Below, piece after piece: positions 46,812 through 57,149 of a stretch of 64,000 bases of DNA. A program made the position numbers and the translations under genes. The DNA comes from Thermoplasmata archaeon (GTDB taxonomy: Archaea; Thermoplasmatota; Thermoplasmata; Thermoplasmatales; GCA-001856825), in the NCBI GenBank assembly GCA_021792255.1, contig JAJYUZ010000001.1, positions 160,001-224,000 of the forward strand. Reading direction: 5' to 3'. The number at the start of each line of letters is the position of its first letter. Position 1 is the stretch's first letter. The notes under the pieces were generated by a model that ran no database searches, was not told the origin of the DNA, and saw only the letters and a list, made by a program, of their open reading frames with translations.

Positions 46812-47912
46812 CTAATTCACCACCTTCACAGTTTCCTTTATAGCATCCATCATGTCCGAATAAGCCTCTATGCCATTCTCCTTCAGAATTTTTCTTCCAA
46901 GGTCCTCGTTCACACCAGACAACCTCACAACTATCGGGACGTCTATCCCCACTCTCTTCTTTGCCTCTGCTATTCCATTTGCAACGGTATCACAGTGAGT
47001 GACTCCGCCAAAAATATTGATCAATATCCCTCTGATCTTTGCTTCCTTCAGTATCTGGAAGGCACCAACTACTTTCTCTATATCGTCGCTTCCACCCAGA
47101 TCAAGGAAGTTCTTTGGTTTTAATCCTTTAAGAGTAAGACCATCCAGAGTAGCCATTGTCAGACCTGCGCCGTTCGCAATGACTCCTATATCTCCGCCCA
47201 GTTCCACGAGGGCGTACCCTCTCTTGTACGCGAGTTCCTCCAGTTCCGTCCTCTCCGCCGGATTTTCAGATAAATCCTTGTGCCTGAAGAGTGAGTCTGA
47301 ATCGACTATGACCTTGGCGTCGCCCGCAATTATTTTTCCATCCTTCAACACAACGAGTGGATTTATCTCCACTAGCTCGCAGTCGTAGCCTTCGTAAAGT
47401 GCATAGATCTTTGACAGGATGTCCTGAAATTGCTTAGATTCTTCCGGAGAAAGGCCTAGTTTGAATGATACCTCCCTCCCGATGAATTGGGAATAACTCA
47501 GAGTCGGGTCTATCCAGTACTTGACTATCTTCGAGTCTGGTACATCTTCAATTTCCACTCCACCAGAGGTAGATGCAATCACGATGGGTCTCTTCGTGCT
47601 TCTGTCTAGTGTAATGGAAAGATAGTACTCCTTCTCGATGTTCAGCTTCTCCTCCAGAAGAAGGCTCCTCACTTTCAATCCCTTAATACTCATCGCAAGA
47701 ATCTCCTCTCCCTTCTCTAGGAGTTCTTTAGAATCATTCGCAAATTTGATCCCGCCTGCTTTTCCTCTCCCACCAGTGAGCACCTGTGCCTTTATTACTA
47801 CTGGGAATTTGTCCCATTGAAGATCTGCCTTGCTAACGACGTGTCTCCCCGAAGGAATCGGTACGCCGTATTTCTTGAAAAGTTCCTTTGCCTGATATTC
47901 GTATAGGTTCAT
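46812..47912 (-). CDS. sucC: succinyl-CoA synthetase beta subunit
   Basis: MNLYEYQAK, GGRGKAGG, NGAGLTMAT, NFLDLGG. Confidence 0.95.
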   Translation of the reverse strand: MNLYEYQAKELFKKYGVPIPSGRHVVSKADLQWDKFPVVIKAQVLTGGRGKAGGIKFANDSKELLEKGEEILAMSIKGLKVRSLLLEEKLNIEKEYYLSITLDRSTKRPIVIASTSGGVEIEDVPDSKIVKYWIDPTLSYSQFIGREVSFKLGLSPEESKQFQDILSKIYALYEGYDCELVEINPLVVLKDGKIIAGDAKVIVDSDSLFRHKDLSENPAERTELEELAYKRGYALVELGGDIGVIANGAGLTMATLDGLTLKGLKPKNFLDLGGSDDIEKVVGAFQILKEAKIRGILINIFGGVTHCDTVANGIAEAKKRVGIDVPIVVRLSGVNEDLGRKILKENGIEAYSDMMDAIKETVKVVN

Positions 47913-47946
47913 TAATTATCGGAACGAGATAGACGAATATTATAAA

Positions 47947-50310
47947 TCAGTTATCGTTTGCTGTCCTCTGGACCAGTTTTTCGTTTATCTGTAATCTCTC
48001 TAGTCCATTCTTGATCGCTCTTGCAGCTTCGGGCACCTTTTCTTTACTCAGGAATTCATCGACGATGTTCCTGTTTCCTATACCGCCTACTGCAATGAGC
48101 TCCTCAATATATCGAGACACAGTACTGCTCCCCACAAAGATTTCCCTCACGCCATCTAAATTAGCAGAGGTCCACCTCCAGAGCTCCTTTCTGTAAGCCT
48201 TGTTGGATATCGCGCTGAACATCGAGTAGATGAAATTGCCCCGGTACACCGGTATTGATCTTACGTAGTCAAGGAACTGAGAAACTTCTTCGTTTTTCGG
48301 GGAGTGAGTCAGTGCGTTCATGACTCTGATCGATTCCATATCGTTTTCAGGGGCCTTGAGCATGTTCCAAAGGATTTCCTTGTTGAATTGATCCATGGAT
48401 GCTGATAATAGAACAGCAGTCCTTTCTTCAGGTGGCACCTTCGAGTAGTCGTTTATCTTTAGTTTTTCACTCGACCTGAACTCTTTGTCGTTGAAGGCAA
48501 GTTCAGTCAATATCCTTTCCAGTATCACTTTAGAATTCTCTTCTTGTGTATCTTTGAAAACAACCAGTTTCTCTCTCAGGTAATTTACTACAATCTCGTT
48601 CAGGGATGTTGATTCTAGGATATTAGTCAGCTCGGCAAATATTTCCGCTAACCTCAGAACTATGCTATATTCGTTTCTCTTCTTCACCTTGTCAGCGATA
48701 GAGAGAAATTGTTGCAAATCAATGGTTCCAGACAGCAGGAAGGCGTAATAATCGTCTATCAGTTTCATCACAAATTCGGATGACGGACTTTCCGAAAGCA
48801 TTCTGTCGGTCAGGTTTCCCTCGAACAATACTCTGTAGTATCCCTCTCCATTTGGGTTGATAGACAGACCTCCCGCATTCTTGATCTTCTTCTCTTTTTT
48901 CTTTAAAAGTATCTTTCCCCTTTTTCCGGATCTTTCTAGGAAGACCGGGACCTGCCATAGATATGGGTCCTCGTTTGTCAGATAAGAGAATTTCTGCTGG
49001 TTTAGGACAAGATCGCCATTTTCCTCCCTGACCCTCAGCAGAGGCAATCCACCCTTTTCGAGCCACGATTTCATGAGACTGCTTACGTCTATCTTACTAG
49101 CCTCGGACAAAGATGTCCAGAGATCCTCCCCAGATGCGTTTGAATACTCGTGATTCTTGAGATATTGGTATATTCCCTCTCTGTATTTCCTCTCCCCAAT
49201 AAACTGTTCAGTCATTCTTAATATAGATGCACCTTTTCCGTAGCTGATATCATCGAATATTTCGGATATTTCATCTGGGTCTTTGACTTCAACTCTTATC
49301 GGGTGTGTGGTCAGTAATCCGTCCTTCCGCATCGACGATAACGTTTCTTCCCTCTGAAAGTCTTCCCACAGGTTCCAGTCCTTGTGCACTTTCGATAGAA
49401 TTTTGAAACCGACGAAGGTAGCAAACGATTCGTTAAGCCACAAGTCATCCCACCACTTCATGGTTACTAAGTCGCCGAACCACTGGTGAGCGAACTCGTG
49501 CGATACCACATAGGCTATCTCCTTTTTGCTCCTGAAACTCACGGAATTATTGACCAGAAGGGCGATTTCTCTGAACGTTATCGCCCCCCAGTTCTCCATT
49601 GCTCCTGCACCAAATTGAGGAAGGGCGACAAGGTGCATCTTTGGAAGGGGAAACTTGATCTTGTAATATGCCTCGTACTTAGTAAATAGCTTGCTCAGTA
49701 GATTAAGTGAGAATTTACCTTCCTTGGCCTTCCCTGGAGAGGTCGCAACGTACAGAACCCTGTCCTTGCTTTTTTTGGATATCACATCGAACTTTCCTAT
49801 TCCTATGTAGATAAGATAAGTTGACATTGCGGGAGTTTCTTCGAAGACAAAGTGGGCTCTTCCATTCCCCACTTCCCTCAGTACTGGGCGAGTGTTAAAG
49901 ATCGCCTCTACCTCGTCGTCAACACTTATCTCAACTTTAAATTTGGCCTTAGCGGCGGGTTCGTCAATACATGGAAAGACGGACCTGGCTCCGGTGGGCT
50001 CCATCTGGGTGGTAATGATGTGTCCTGTTTCGTACTTGGCATCGTGAATGCCCATAAGCGAAGTCTCCGAAACAGTACCGGAAAAATTAATGGTTATCTC
50101 GCTTCCGTCGACTGGTCCAATCAGTAATTTTTTTTCGTTCACGCTGAACGACGAATTCCTGCCATCTACACTTATCGAATTCACTTTAAGATTATCAGCG
50201 TTAAATTCTACAGTTCCAGAAAACTTTCCCTTCACGATTTCTATGCATTCATACTTGAGTTCCTTAAATTTAAAACTAAATTTCAGATCATAAGATCCTA
50301 TGCTGTACAT
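47947..50310 (-). CDS. M1 family aminopeptidase (tricorn-interacting factor F2/F3-like)
   Basis: GAMENWG, HEFAH-x18-E, YGKG; start probably ATG 50310. Confidence 0.92.
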   Translation of the reverse strand: MYSIGSYDLKFSFKFKELKYECIEIVKGKFSGTVEFNADNLKVNSISVDGRNSSFSVNEKKLLIGPVDGSEITINFSGTVSETSLMGIHDAKYETGHIITTQMEPTGARSVFPCIDEPAAKAKFKVEISVDDEVEAIFNTRPVLREVGNGRAHFVFEETPAMSTYLIYIGIGKFDVISKKSKDRVLYVATSPGKAKEGKFSLNLLSKLFTKYEAYYKIKFPLPKMHLVALPQFGAGAMENWGAITFREIALLVNNSVSFRSKKEIAYVVSHEFAHQWFGDLVTMKWWDDLWLNESFATFVGFKILSKVHKDWNLWEDFQREETLSSMRKDGLLTTHPIRVEVKDPDEISEIFDDISYGKGASILRMTEQFIGERKYREGIYQYLKNHEYSNASGEDLWTSLSEASKIDVSSLMKSWLEKGGLPLLRVREENGDLVLNQQKFSYLTNEDPYLWQVPVFLERSGKRGKILLKKKEKKIKNAGGLSINPNGEGYYRVLFEGNLTDRMLSESPSSEFVMKLIDDYYAFLLSGTIDLQQFLSIADKVKKRNEYSIVLRLAEIFAELTNILESTSLNEIVVNYLREKLVVFKDTQEENSKVILERILTELAFNDKEFRSSEKLKINDYSKVPPEERTAVLLSASMDQFNKEILWNMLKAPENDMESIRVMNALTHSPKNEEVSQFLDYVRSIPVYRGNFIYSMFSAISNKAYRKELWRWTSANLDGVREIFVGSSTVSRYIEELIAVGGIGNRNIVDEFLSKEKVPEAARAIKNGLERLQINEKLVQRTANDN

Positions 50311-50419
50311 GAGGTATCGATTATGACAGTAAGTATAATTGCTTTTCTGTACGAAGAAATCTAAAAATTGCAGTACATACAAAAGAGACTAAAAAATAAA
50401 AAATTGAAAATTTTGGAGA

Positions 50420-51568
50420 TTACTTCTTCCTTGCACTTTGCCTCATTAGAACGGCTGCAATTCCGATTGCAACTACTGCTACGATTCCAACGACGATCAG
50501 AACGTTATTTCCTGAAATCAAAGTTGGTGATGCAGCTGCGTTTGACACCGACAACACATTTGCAGAGGTTGGAATCGCATTCCCGTTCGTAGTTATAGCA
50601 GCGCTGGGATCAGTCTTCAGTTTGATTGTATAGTTTGCTCCATTCATGTTCATTGTCGAGTTTAGCGAATAACTCGAGCTAATGTTGTAGAAGAAGGTCG
50701 TGCTGTTCGTAGAGCTATCGTAGACCCGAGTCCACTTCTCTAGCGGTACCGAAAATACCCCGAAGTTTATGGTCTGGTAGTTCATCACATTGGTACCGAA
50801 TCCATCTCCCTGGAACAGAGAGCCCAGTTGGAAGAAACCCATTCCCTGATTGTCTTCACCAAAGCTTCCAGAGTCTCCTAACTGATTAACGTCCATGTTC
50901 GTGTTGACGTCAGTCTGAATGCTCTGCCCCATCGCGGGATCTTGGTACATCAGTTTGCCCTTAAAGCTACTCATTAGCTGCCCTTGGACCCCAAACGCTC
51001 TCCAAGACATGTCAATGATCGTTGTGTTGTTTCCGACTTTCTTTGTGATGTTAGACACCTTAAGGGTGATTGTCAGGTTTCTATAGACCGTTAGATTGGT
51101 CGCGTTGGCAAATGCGTGAAGTTGGTACCTCAAAGTGGCGTTCACGACGTGTACCGCTGGCAAATTGGTGGTGTTTGTCGTTGAGTTGAACGTGGTGTTC
51201 GTAGAATTATCAGATGTTGAGTTCGAACCATCAGTCGAGTTTGTTGAATTGGTTTCGTCGCTCATTGCAACGATGCTCTCGGACTGGTTCTGATATCCCT
51301 GATGATTGTTCATGTCTTCGCCTAGCATCTGTTTCCCGCTAGAATTGAGGTAAGACGTTGCGTTAAGCCATACTACAGTTCCATTCAATTGATTCGATGT
51401 GGAGCTGTTGTTTGGGTAGGTATAGTACAGTACATAGTTGCTCGTCGCATTAACATAACCCTCATTAGTCTTGGTGTTTATTGTTGCGTGAATCACCGTT
51501 GCAGAGGTTAAGGGTACTGCTAATAGAACAGCAACTAGCACTAGAGTCAGTATTATTGCACTCCTCAT
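50420..51568 (-). CDS. secreted, C-terminally membrane-anchored Asn/Thr/Ser-rich surface glycoprotein
   Basis: Signal peptide, many N-x-S/T sequons, C-terminal TM plus basic tail. Confidence 0.75.
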   Translation of the reverse strand: MRSAIILTLVLVAVLLAVPLTSATVIHATINTKTNEGYVNATSNYVLYYTYPNNSSTSNQLNGTVVWLNATSYLNSSGKQMLGEDMNNHQGYQNQSESIVAMSDETNSTNSTDGSNSTSDNSTNTTFNSTTNTTNLPAVHVVNATLRYQLHAFANATNLTVYRNLTITLKVSNITKKVGNNTTIIDMSWRAFGVQGQLMSSFKGKLMYQDPAMGQSIQTDVNTNMDVNQLGDSGSFGEDNQGMGFFQLGSLFQGDGFGTNVMNYQTINFGVFSVPLEKWTRVYDSSTNSTTFFYNISSSYSLNSTMNMNGANYTIKLKTDPSAAITTNGNAIPTSANVLSVSNAAASPTLISGNNVLIVVGIVAVVAIGIAAVLMRQSARKK

Positions 51569-51639
51569 ACTACTAAGACTAATGCTTATATTAACTAATT
51601 ATTGGTACAACATTCTAAAAGTAGTACAATTTTCAAACG

Positions 51640-52578
51640 TCAGGGATACCTCTCGACAGACTTGATTTCCAGCTGTGATTCTTGAAATTCATCGTCCTTT
51701 ATTTTCCCTATAGATTTGAAAAACGAATCCAGACTACTCTTCTCGAAAATCATCGTCACTTTGGATTTCTCTCCCGATATTTCGACGTCATAATTGAACG
51801 GCAAGTCCACATCGGACATCTTGTATGGGTCGATCAGGATTCCTTGCTCGGGAACAATGGCGTGGTACACCTTTGATCCAGATTCGGTCTTGTGGATCAA
51901 CTTGAATTCCTTTGTTTGTTTTTGGAGAAGGCTCTCCCACTCGGGGAATTCGTTGTCCATTTCGTAGAATACGTCGAGGAACCCAGACTTGTCTACACTT
52001 CTTACGGAAATCTTTGCCTTGAAATTCTTGTCGGACTTAGCGTACTTTAGGGTGAAGGAATTGGTCGGTATTACGTAGAAAACGAGCTTCTTCATTTCCC
52101 ATCCTTTCTCATTTTCTAGTAGCCAGTTCTTATCGTTACGTACTGGTCCCAAATAGTCTATGCTGAAAAAGTCTCTTTTTTCTGAGTCCTTGAAGACGAT
52201 TCTCTGAAGGTCAGACGAAGACTTGAAGAACTTAATCCTAAGAATTACATCCCCTTCTGTGACAAAGATAGGAACATCAATCAACGCATTGTTCACCTTC
52301 AAGAGTGAGTCTATCATATCGCAGACATAACATTCCTCTCCGACCTCGATAGAGACTCCGGCCTTCCTATCCACGAACTCAAATCCCCTTGACCTGATGG
52401 CTTTTCTGAGTTCGTCCATCGCTTTCCCCTCTCTGAGATAAGTCACAACGGCCTCGGTCTTCTTTCCCCTCTTATAAAAGTTCAGATAACCATTGAAACC
52501 ATAAACCCTTGAAAAGTAGCTAATAGGCGACCTCATGTCCTGAAATCTAACAACCATTTCACTATCAAATTCTACCAT
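51640..52578 (-). CDS. hypothetical protein
   Basis: 312-aa ORF, leaderless promoter spacing; no motif recognised. Confidence 0.7.
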   Translation of the reverse strand: MVEFDSEMVVRFQDMRSPISYFSRVYGFNGYLNFYKRGKKTEAVVTYLREGKAMDELRKAIRSRGFEFVDRKAGVSIEVGEECYVCDMIDSLLKVNNALIDVPIFVTEGDVILRIKFFKSSSDLQRIVFKDSEKRDFFSIDYLGPVRNDKNWLLENEKGWEMKKLVFYVIPTNSFTLKYAKSDKNFKAKISVRSVDKSGFLDVFYEMDNEFPEWESLLQKQTKEFKLIHKTESGSKVYHAIVPEQGILIDPYKMSDVDLPFNYDVEISGEKSKVTMIFEKSSLDSFFKSIGKIKDDEFQESQLEIKSVERYP

Positions 52579-52923
52579 ATAGGGTGTCAGAGTTTCTTTA
52601 ATTTAAAATTTTCTGGTTCAAGTCATTGTCATCTTTCGGTCGATTCATTAAACTTGCAAATTTATGTTCCCGGCGACGATTATTGCCTCGACCCAGAATC
52701 TGAATAGAGGTTACCCTTAGAGTGATCTCAGAAGCTACCGCCAGACGTCGTCTAATAGATTTAACCACAAATTTCATAAATATATAAATGGTATTATGAT
52801 GTATAAAACTGGCTATCCACCTAATTACGCTGTGAAAAATCCAAAGTAAAATTATGACTTCTAAACTTGAATGACTAAGTTTATAAGCTTTTTTGTACTT
52901 ACATGAAAGTCAAGTGACGCAGT

Positions 52924-53340
52924 ATGACGCTGGTAGAACAATCATTTACTGTTGGACCTATTACCGTTGATCTAATGGCAAAGGCAATCTCAAATGGGAT
53001 GAGTAGGCGAAGCAAAAGGATGAGCGAACAAGAAGCTTATGATATCGCTTTTCACGTCCTCAATTTCTTTGGTTATAGCAGGTATGTTATAGACAACATG
53101 CTGGAGCCAGAAGACAGAGATGCGTTCTACATGCTAGAGGATCTTGGAATCCTGGACACGGAAAGAGAAGAAACGACTCTATTCGATGGCAGGGAATGGA
53201 GGATCCATTACTGGTTGATAAGGCCAGAAAATGTCAGAAGGCTCGCTTACAACAACGACATCAAGACTGAGGACGTAGTCTCGAGCGAGTCATTGATTTA
53301 TGACGGGCTTCCAGATGACGTCTGGAAAATGAAGCTTTAG
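52924..53340 (+). CDS. DUF6015 family protein (Thermoplasmata)
   Basis: LNFFGY...IDN.LEPEDRDAFYMLED.GIL.TEREETTL.DGREWRIHYW. Confidence 0.75.
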   Translation: MTLVEQSFTVGPITVDLMAKAISNGMSRRSKRMSEQEAYDIAFHVLNFFGYSRYVIDNMLEPEDRDAFYMLEDLGILDTEREETTLFDGREWRIHYWLIRPENVRRLAYNNDIKTEDVVSSESLIYDGLPDDVWKMKL

Positions 53341-53346
53341 ATCCAG

Positions 53347-55101
53347 ATGCACGTAGCAGTTATTGACTTTGATAAGTGTCACTTTAAAAAATGTCGGCAA
53401 GAATGCCAATTTTACTGTCCTCCGGTAAGAAACGAAATCATGGCCGTAGATTTCACGGAATCGGGTTATCCCCAGATACACGAAGACCTCTGTATAGGTT
53501 GCGGAATCTGCGCTCACCGATGCCCTTACGAAGCAATAAAGATAATTGGGGTACCAGAGAGGGAAAGCGGAAAAGAAGTCCACCGCTATGGAACAAATGG
53601 GTTCGTCTTGTATGGTCTTCCCTCTCTCGAAATGAAGGGTGTCGTCGGGATCCTAGGACAGAATGGGATGGGTAAGTCTACTATATTGAACATCTTAAAT
53701 GGAACTCTGACCCCCAATTTCGCAAAATCCGAGGGGAACAAAGAGGAGGTTCTGGAAAATTATAAAGGAACCTACCTCGGCGAATACCTTAGTAAGGTCT
53801 ATGCAGATAAGATTCGAATATCCCTAAAACCACAATACGTTGATTCAATTTCAAGACATTTTACTGGCCAAGTAAGTGATCTCCTGAAGCAGTACGGTGA
53901 CGGAGCTAAAAGTAAGCTTGAGGAAATGGGAATCGGAGGGATCTTCCACAAGGATGTGAGATATCTTTCCGGAGGAGAGTTACAGCAACTTGCCATATGC
54001 GCTGCACTGTTGAAGGCTGCAGACCTATACTTCTTTGACGAACCTTCTTCTTACCTCGACATTTCTCAGAGGTTGAAGATAGCTGGAATCCTGCGTAAAC
54101 TCTCGGAAACAAAGAAGGTAGTCGTGGTGGAACACGATCTTGCCATTCTGGACTTTATGACAGATTATATCTATTTGACGTACGGAGAGGCAAGAGGCTA
54201 CGGGATTGTGAGCAACTCGTACTCCACTAGACAAGCCATAAATACGTACCTGGGCGGGTACATAAAACAGGAGAATATGAAATTTAGAGACTACGAAATA
54301 AAGTTCTCTAAGAAACCCCCCGAACTAGATAAAAGTCTGGTCTCTTTCGTCAACTGGAGCACCTTGACGAAGGGCTTTGATAATTTTAATCTTAGTACAG
54401 AGCCTGGAGAACTGAGGCACGGACAGGTCGTTGGAGTCATAGGTCCCAACTCGACAGGCAAATCCACGTTCGTAAAGATGGTTGCTGGGGAGCTAACTCC
54501 TGACAGCGGTTCTATTACGAATTCTGTCAAGACCTCTTTCAAGCCACAGAGTCCGGAGTCCGATTACCAGATTCCGGTGTTGGAATTTCTCGAAAAGAGT
54601 CTGGGAGACAGGGTTGCTGAAAACCAATTCAAGAATGACGTCATGCGTCCACTCAATCTAGAGAGCCTAGGCGATACACTAGTTTCGGAGCTCTCTGGGG
54701 GAGATCTTCAGAAGGTATACATAGCCAAAACTCTCGGAAAGGAGGCTGACGTCTACATACTTGATGAACCATCCGCCTATCTAGATGCAGACCAGAGAAT
54801 GATTGTGGCCAGAATGATAAAGAGATTTGCAGAAAACAACAAAAATGCGGTAATGGTAGTCGACCACGACATATATTTTATCGATCTCATTTCCACATCC
54901 TTGATAGTATTCGCGGGAGAGGGAGGGAAGTACGGAAAGTCATACGGACCGCTGAATTTGAAAGACGGAATGAATCTCTTTCTTAAGAACCTAAACATAA
55001 CTTTTAGAAGGGACGAAAATACTCAAAGACCCAGGATCAACAAACCCGACTCAAGACTTGATAAGGAACAAAGAAAGATCGGGGAATACTATTATTACTA
55101 G
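53347..55101 (+). CDS. ribosome recycling ATPase ABCE1/RLI
   Basis: N-terminal Fe-S Cys clusters, two ABC domains (GQNGMGKS, LSGGELQ; GPNSTGKS, LSGGDLQ), ends GEYYY. Confidence 0.96.
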   Translation: MHVAVIDFDKCHFKKCRQECQFYCPPVRNEIMAVDFTESGYPQIHEDLCIGCGICAHRCPYEAIKIIGVPERESGKEVHRYGTNGFVLYGLPSLEMKGVVGILGQNGMGKSTILNILNGTLTPNFAKSEGNKEEVLENYKGTYLGEYLSKVYADKIRISLKPQYVDSISRHFTGQVSDLLKQYGDGAKSKLEEMGIGGIFHKDVRYLSGGELQQLAICAALLKAADLYFFDEPSSYLDISQRLKIAGILRKLSETKKVVVVEHDLAILDFMTDYIYLTYGEARGYGIVSNSYSTRQAINTYLGGYIKQENMKFRDYEIKFSKKPPELDKSLVSFVNWSTLTKGFDNFNLSTEPGELRHGQVVGVIGPNSTGKSTFVKMVAGELTPDSGSITNSVKTSFKPQSPESDYQIPVLEFLEKSLGDRVAENQFKNDVMRPLNLESLGDTLVSELSGGDLQKVYIAKTLGKEADVYILDEPSAYLDADQRMIVARMIKRFAENNKNAVMVVDHDIYFIDLISTSLIVFAGEGGKYGKSYGPLNLKDGMNLFLKNLNITFRRDENTQRPRINKPDSRLDKEQRKIGEYYYY

Positions 55102-55289
55102 ACTCAGGAAATGCCGTAGAGGTGTAATTATTCGCAGGATGGTAGTCTTGTCTGTAGAATTACTCTAATTTGTAACACTATTTTCTCAGATTTCTAAAGT
55201 TCCTTTTCACTCTAAACTCTGTTCAACAGATAGTCGTGAGACTTAAAAAAATTATAATAACAATCAGGGTCTAACCAAGAGGTGATTGA

Positions 55290-56582
55290 TTGGCAAGAAA
55301 AGTAGCAGCAGTGGCTGGAGGACTGACGTATTTTTCAAAAGCGAGAAGGGATAAAACTCAGGAAGAACTTGCTGCTGAGGCGGCGAGGATGGCGTTGTTT
55401 GATAATGACATCGACTTAGGAAAAGACGAAATTGACGGTACCATAGTTTCTTATTTTTCAGACCATTTTGAGAACCAATTACTGTTTGGTTCTATCATTC
55501 AAGATTATCTAGGCTTCAACCCAAAGCCCTCGGTTAGAATAGAGGGTGGAGGCGCTACTGGTGGACTGGCAGTAAGAGATGCATATGCGCACGTCGCATC
55601 AGGTCTGCTAGATGTCGCGATGGTGATTGGTTTTGAGAAGATGTCAGAAGTAAATACAGCGAAGGGAAATGAGTTCATAGCGCTCGCTTCAGATACCGAC
55701 TGGGACTTTCCTATCGGCGGCTTTTATAGCGGATATTATGCATTGATGGCAAGAAGACACATGGAAGAATTTGGAACGACAGAAGAACAGATGGCCATGG
55801 TAGCAGTCAAGAACAGGAACAACGCTCAGCACAACAAATTTGCCCAAACAAATCCCAAGATGAATCCATTCGGGATGAAAGACGGTGGGAAGATAACGGT
55901 TGATGACGTTCTTAAGTCTCCCTATGTTGCTTTCCCGCTAAAGAGACTAGATATATGTCTCATGAGCGACGGGGCTGCCGTTCTGATCTTAGCATCTGAA
56001 GAGAAAGCTAAAAAGATTACGGATACGCCCATCTGGATAACTGGAACGGGTGCTGGAACAGACGCAATGAGGGCTGGTGATAGACCTAGGACACTGGCTG
56101 GTGTGCCTATCCTACCCCACGAAAATAAGCAATGGTATAAGAAACTGGAATACCCCGGAGTTCACTCGTTCAGAGCTGGAAGGGAATCCGCAAGGCAGGC
56201 TTACAAGATGGCAGGGATTACCAACCCTCTAAAACAGTTAGACGCAATAGAACTTCACGATGCCTATACCAGTAGTGAGATCCAGACCTACGAAGACCTT
56301 GGACTTGCCAAATACGGTGAAGGCGGAAAGCTCGTAGAAGATGGTGTGACTGCAATTAACGGAGATCTACCAGTAAATCCTTCTGGCGGTCTGATAGGTA
56401 CGATGCACGCCGTAGGAGCAACGGGAGTAATGCAGGCAGTGGAGATGTTCTGGCAGTTGCAGGGAGTCGCAGGAAAATTCCACGGATCAGATAAGACCCA
56501 GGTGAAGAATGCAGAGAGGGGCCTGATACACTCTCACGCAGGAACAGGTACCTACGTAACTGCATCAATAATGGAGAGGTGA
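55290..56582 (+). CDS. thiolase-superfamily (SCP-x-like) protein lacking the nucleophilic Cys
   Basis: EGGGATGG, ELHDAY, NPSGGLIG..HAVGATG. Confidence 0.85.
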   Translation: MARKVAAVAGGLTYFSKARRDKTQEELAAEAARMALFDNDIDLGKDEIDGTIVSYFSDHFENQLLFGSIIQDYLGFNPKPSVRIEGGGATGGLAVRDAYAHVASGLLDVAMVIGFEKMSEVNTAKGNEFIALASDTDWDFPIGGFYSGYYALMARRHMEEFGTTEEQMAMVAVKNRNNAQHNKFAQTNPKMNPFGMKDGGKITVDDVLKSPYVAFPLKRLDICLMSDGAAVLILASEEKAKKITDTPIWITGTGAGTDAMRAGDRPRTLAGVPILPHENKQWYKKLEYPGVHSFRAGRESARQAYKMAGITNPLKQLDAIELHDAYTSSEIQTYEDLGLAKYGEGGKLVEDGVTAINGDLPVNPSGGLIGTMHAVGATGVMQAVEMFWQLQGVAGKFHGSDKTQVKNAERGLIHSHAGTGTYVTASIMER

Positions 56583-57034
56583 TAAAAATGACAGAAGTTT
56601 ATTCGATGGACCCTTTGATAATCAAGACACCGTACGAAATGTCCTACAAACACTCTTACGGGAAGACAAGCAAGTTCTTTACCTCGCTTTCTGCAGGTAA
56701 GTTAATGGCTACTAGATGCGATCACTGCAAGTTCACATTCCTACCACCCAGGGCAGACTGTCCCTACTGTTTGGCAGAGACGAAATGGGTAGAGATTTCT
56801 GGGAAGGGGATTGTGCACACTTTTTCCACACTGTACTTCTCAGGAGAGAAGTTTCTTAAGGATTTGCCATTCCAACTTGTCTATGTTGAACTGGAAGGAG
56901 TGGACACTCTCTTCCTCACAAGGCTAAAGATCAAAGACAAGAACAGCACAAAGATCGGAATGAAGATAAAGATGAAGATCTCCCGAGAACCAGAGTGGAG
57001 GTCATCGGACGTCTGGGCAGAGCCGGAAGATTGA
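56579..57034 (+). CDS. DUF35 Zn-ribbon/OB-fold protein (ChsH2-like)
   Basis: RCDHC...PPRADCPYC followed by an OB fold; overlaps the thiolase stop. Confidence 0.88.
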   Translation: MIKMTEVYSMDPLIIKTPYEMSYKHSYGKTSKFFTSLSAGKLMATRCDHCKFTFLPPRADCPYCLAETKWVEISGKGIVHTFSTLYFSGEKFLKDLPFQLVYVELEGVDTLFLTRLKIKDKNSTKIGMKIKMKISREPEWRSSDVWAEPED

Positions 57035-57036
57035 AT

Positions 57037-57070
57037 AGGAGGTTTTTAAGAACCTCTCTCTTATTTTTTT
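57037..57070 (+). terminator. hairpin plus T-tract after the thiolase/DUF35 operon
   Basis: GAGGTTTT-TA-AGAACCTC (one G-U pair) followed by TCTCTTATTTTTTT. Confidence 0.5.
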
Positions 57071-57149
57071 AACAGTCTAGAGTGCGACGTCCGAAAGGTG
57101 AGATTCTGTTCCTATCGTTTTGAGATGAGGGTTCTCTGGACTATCGTCT

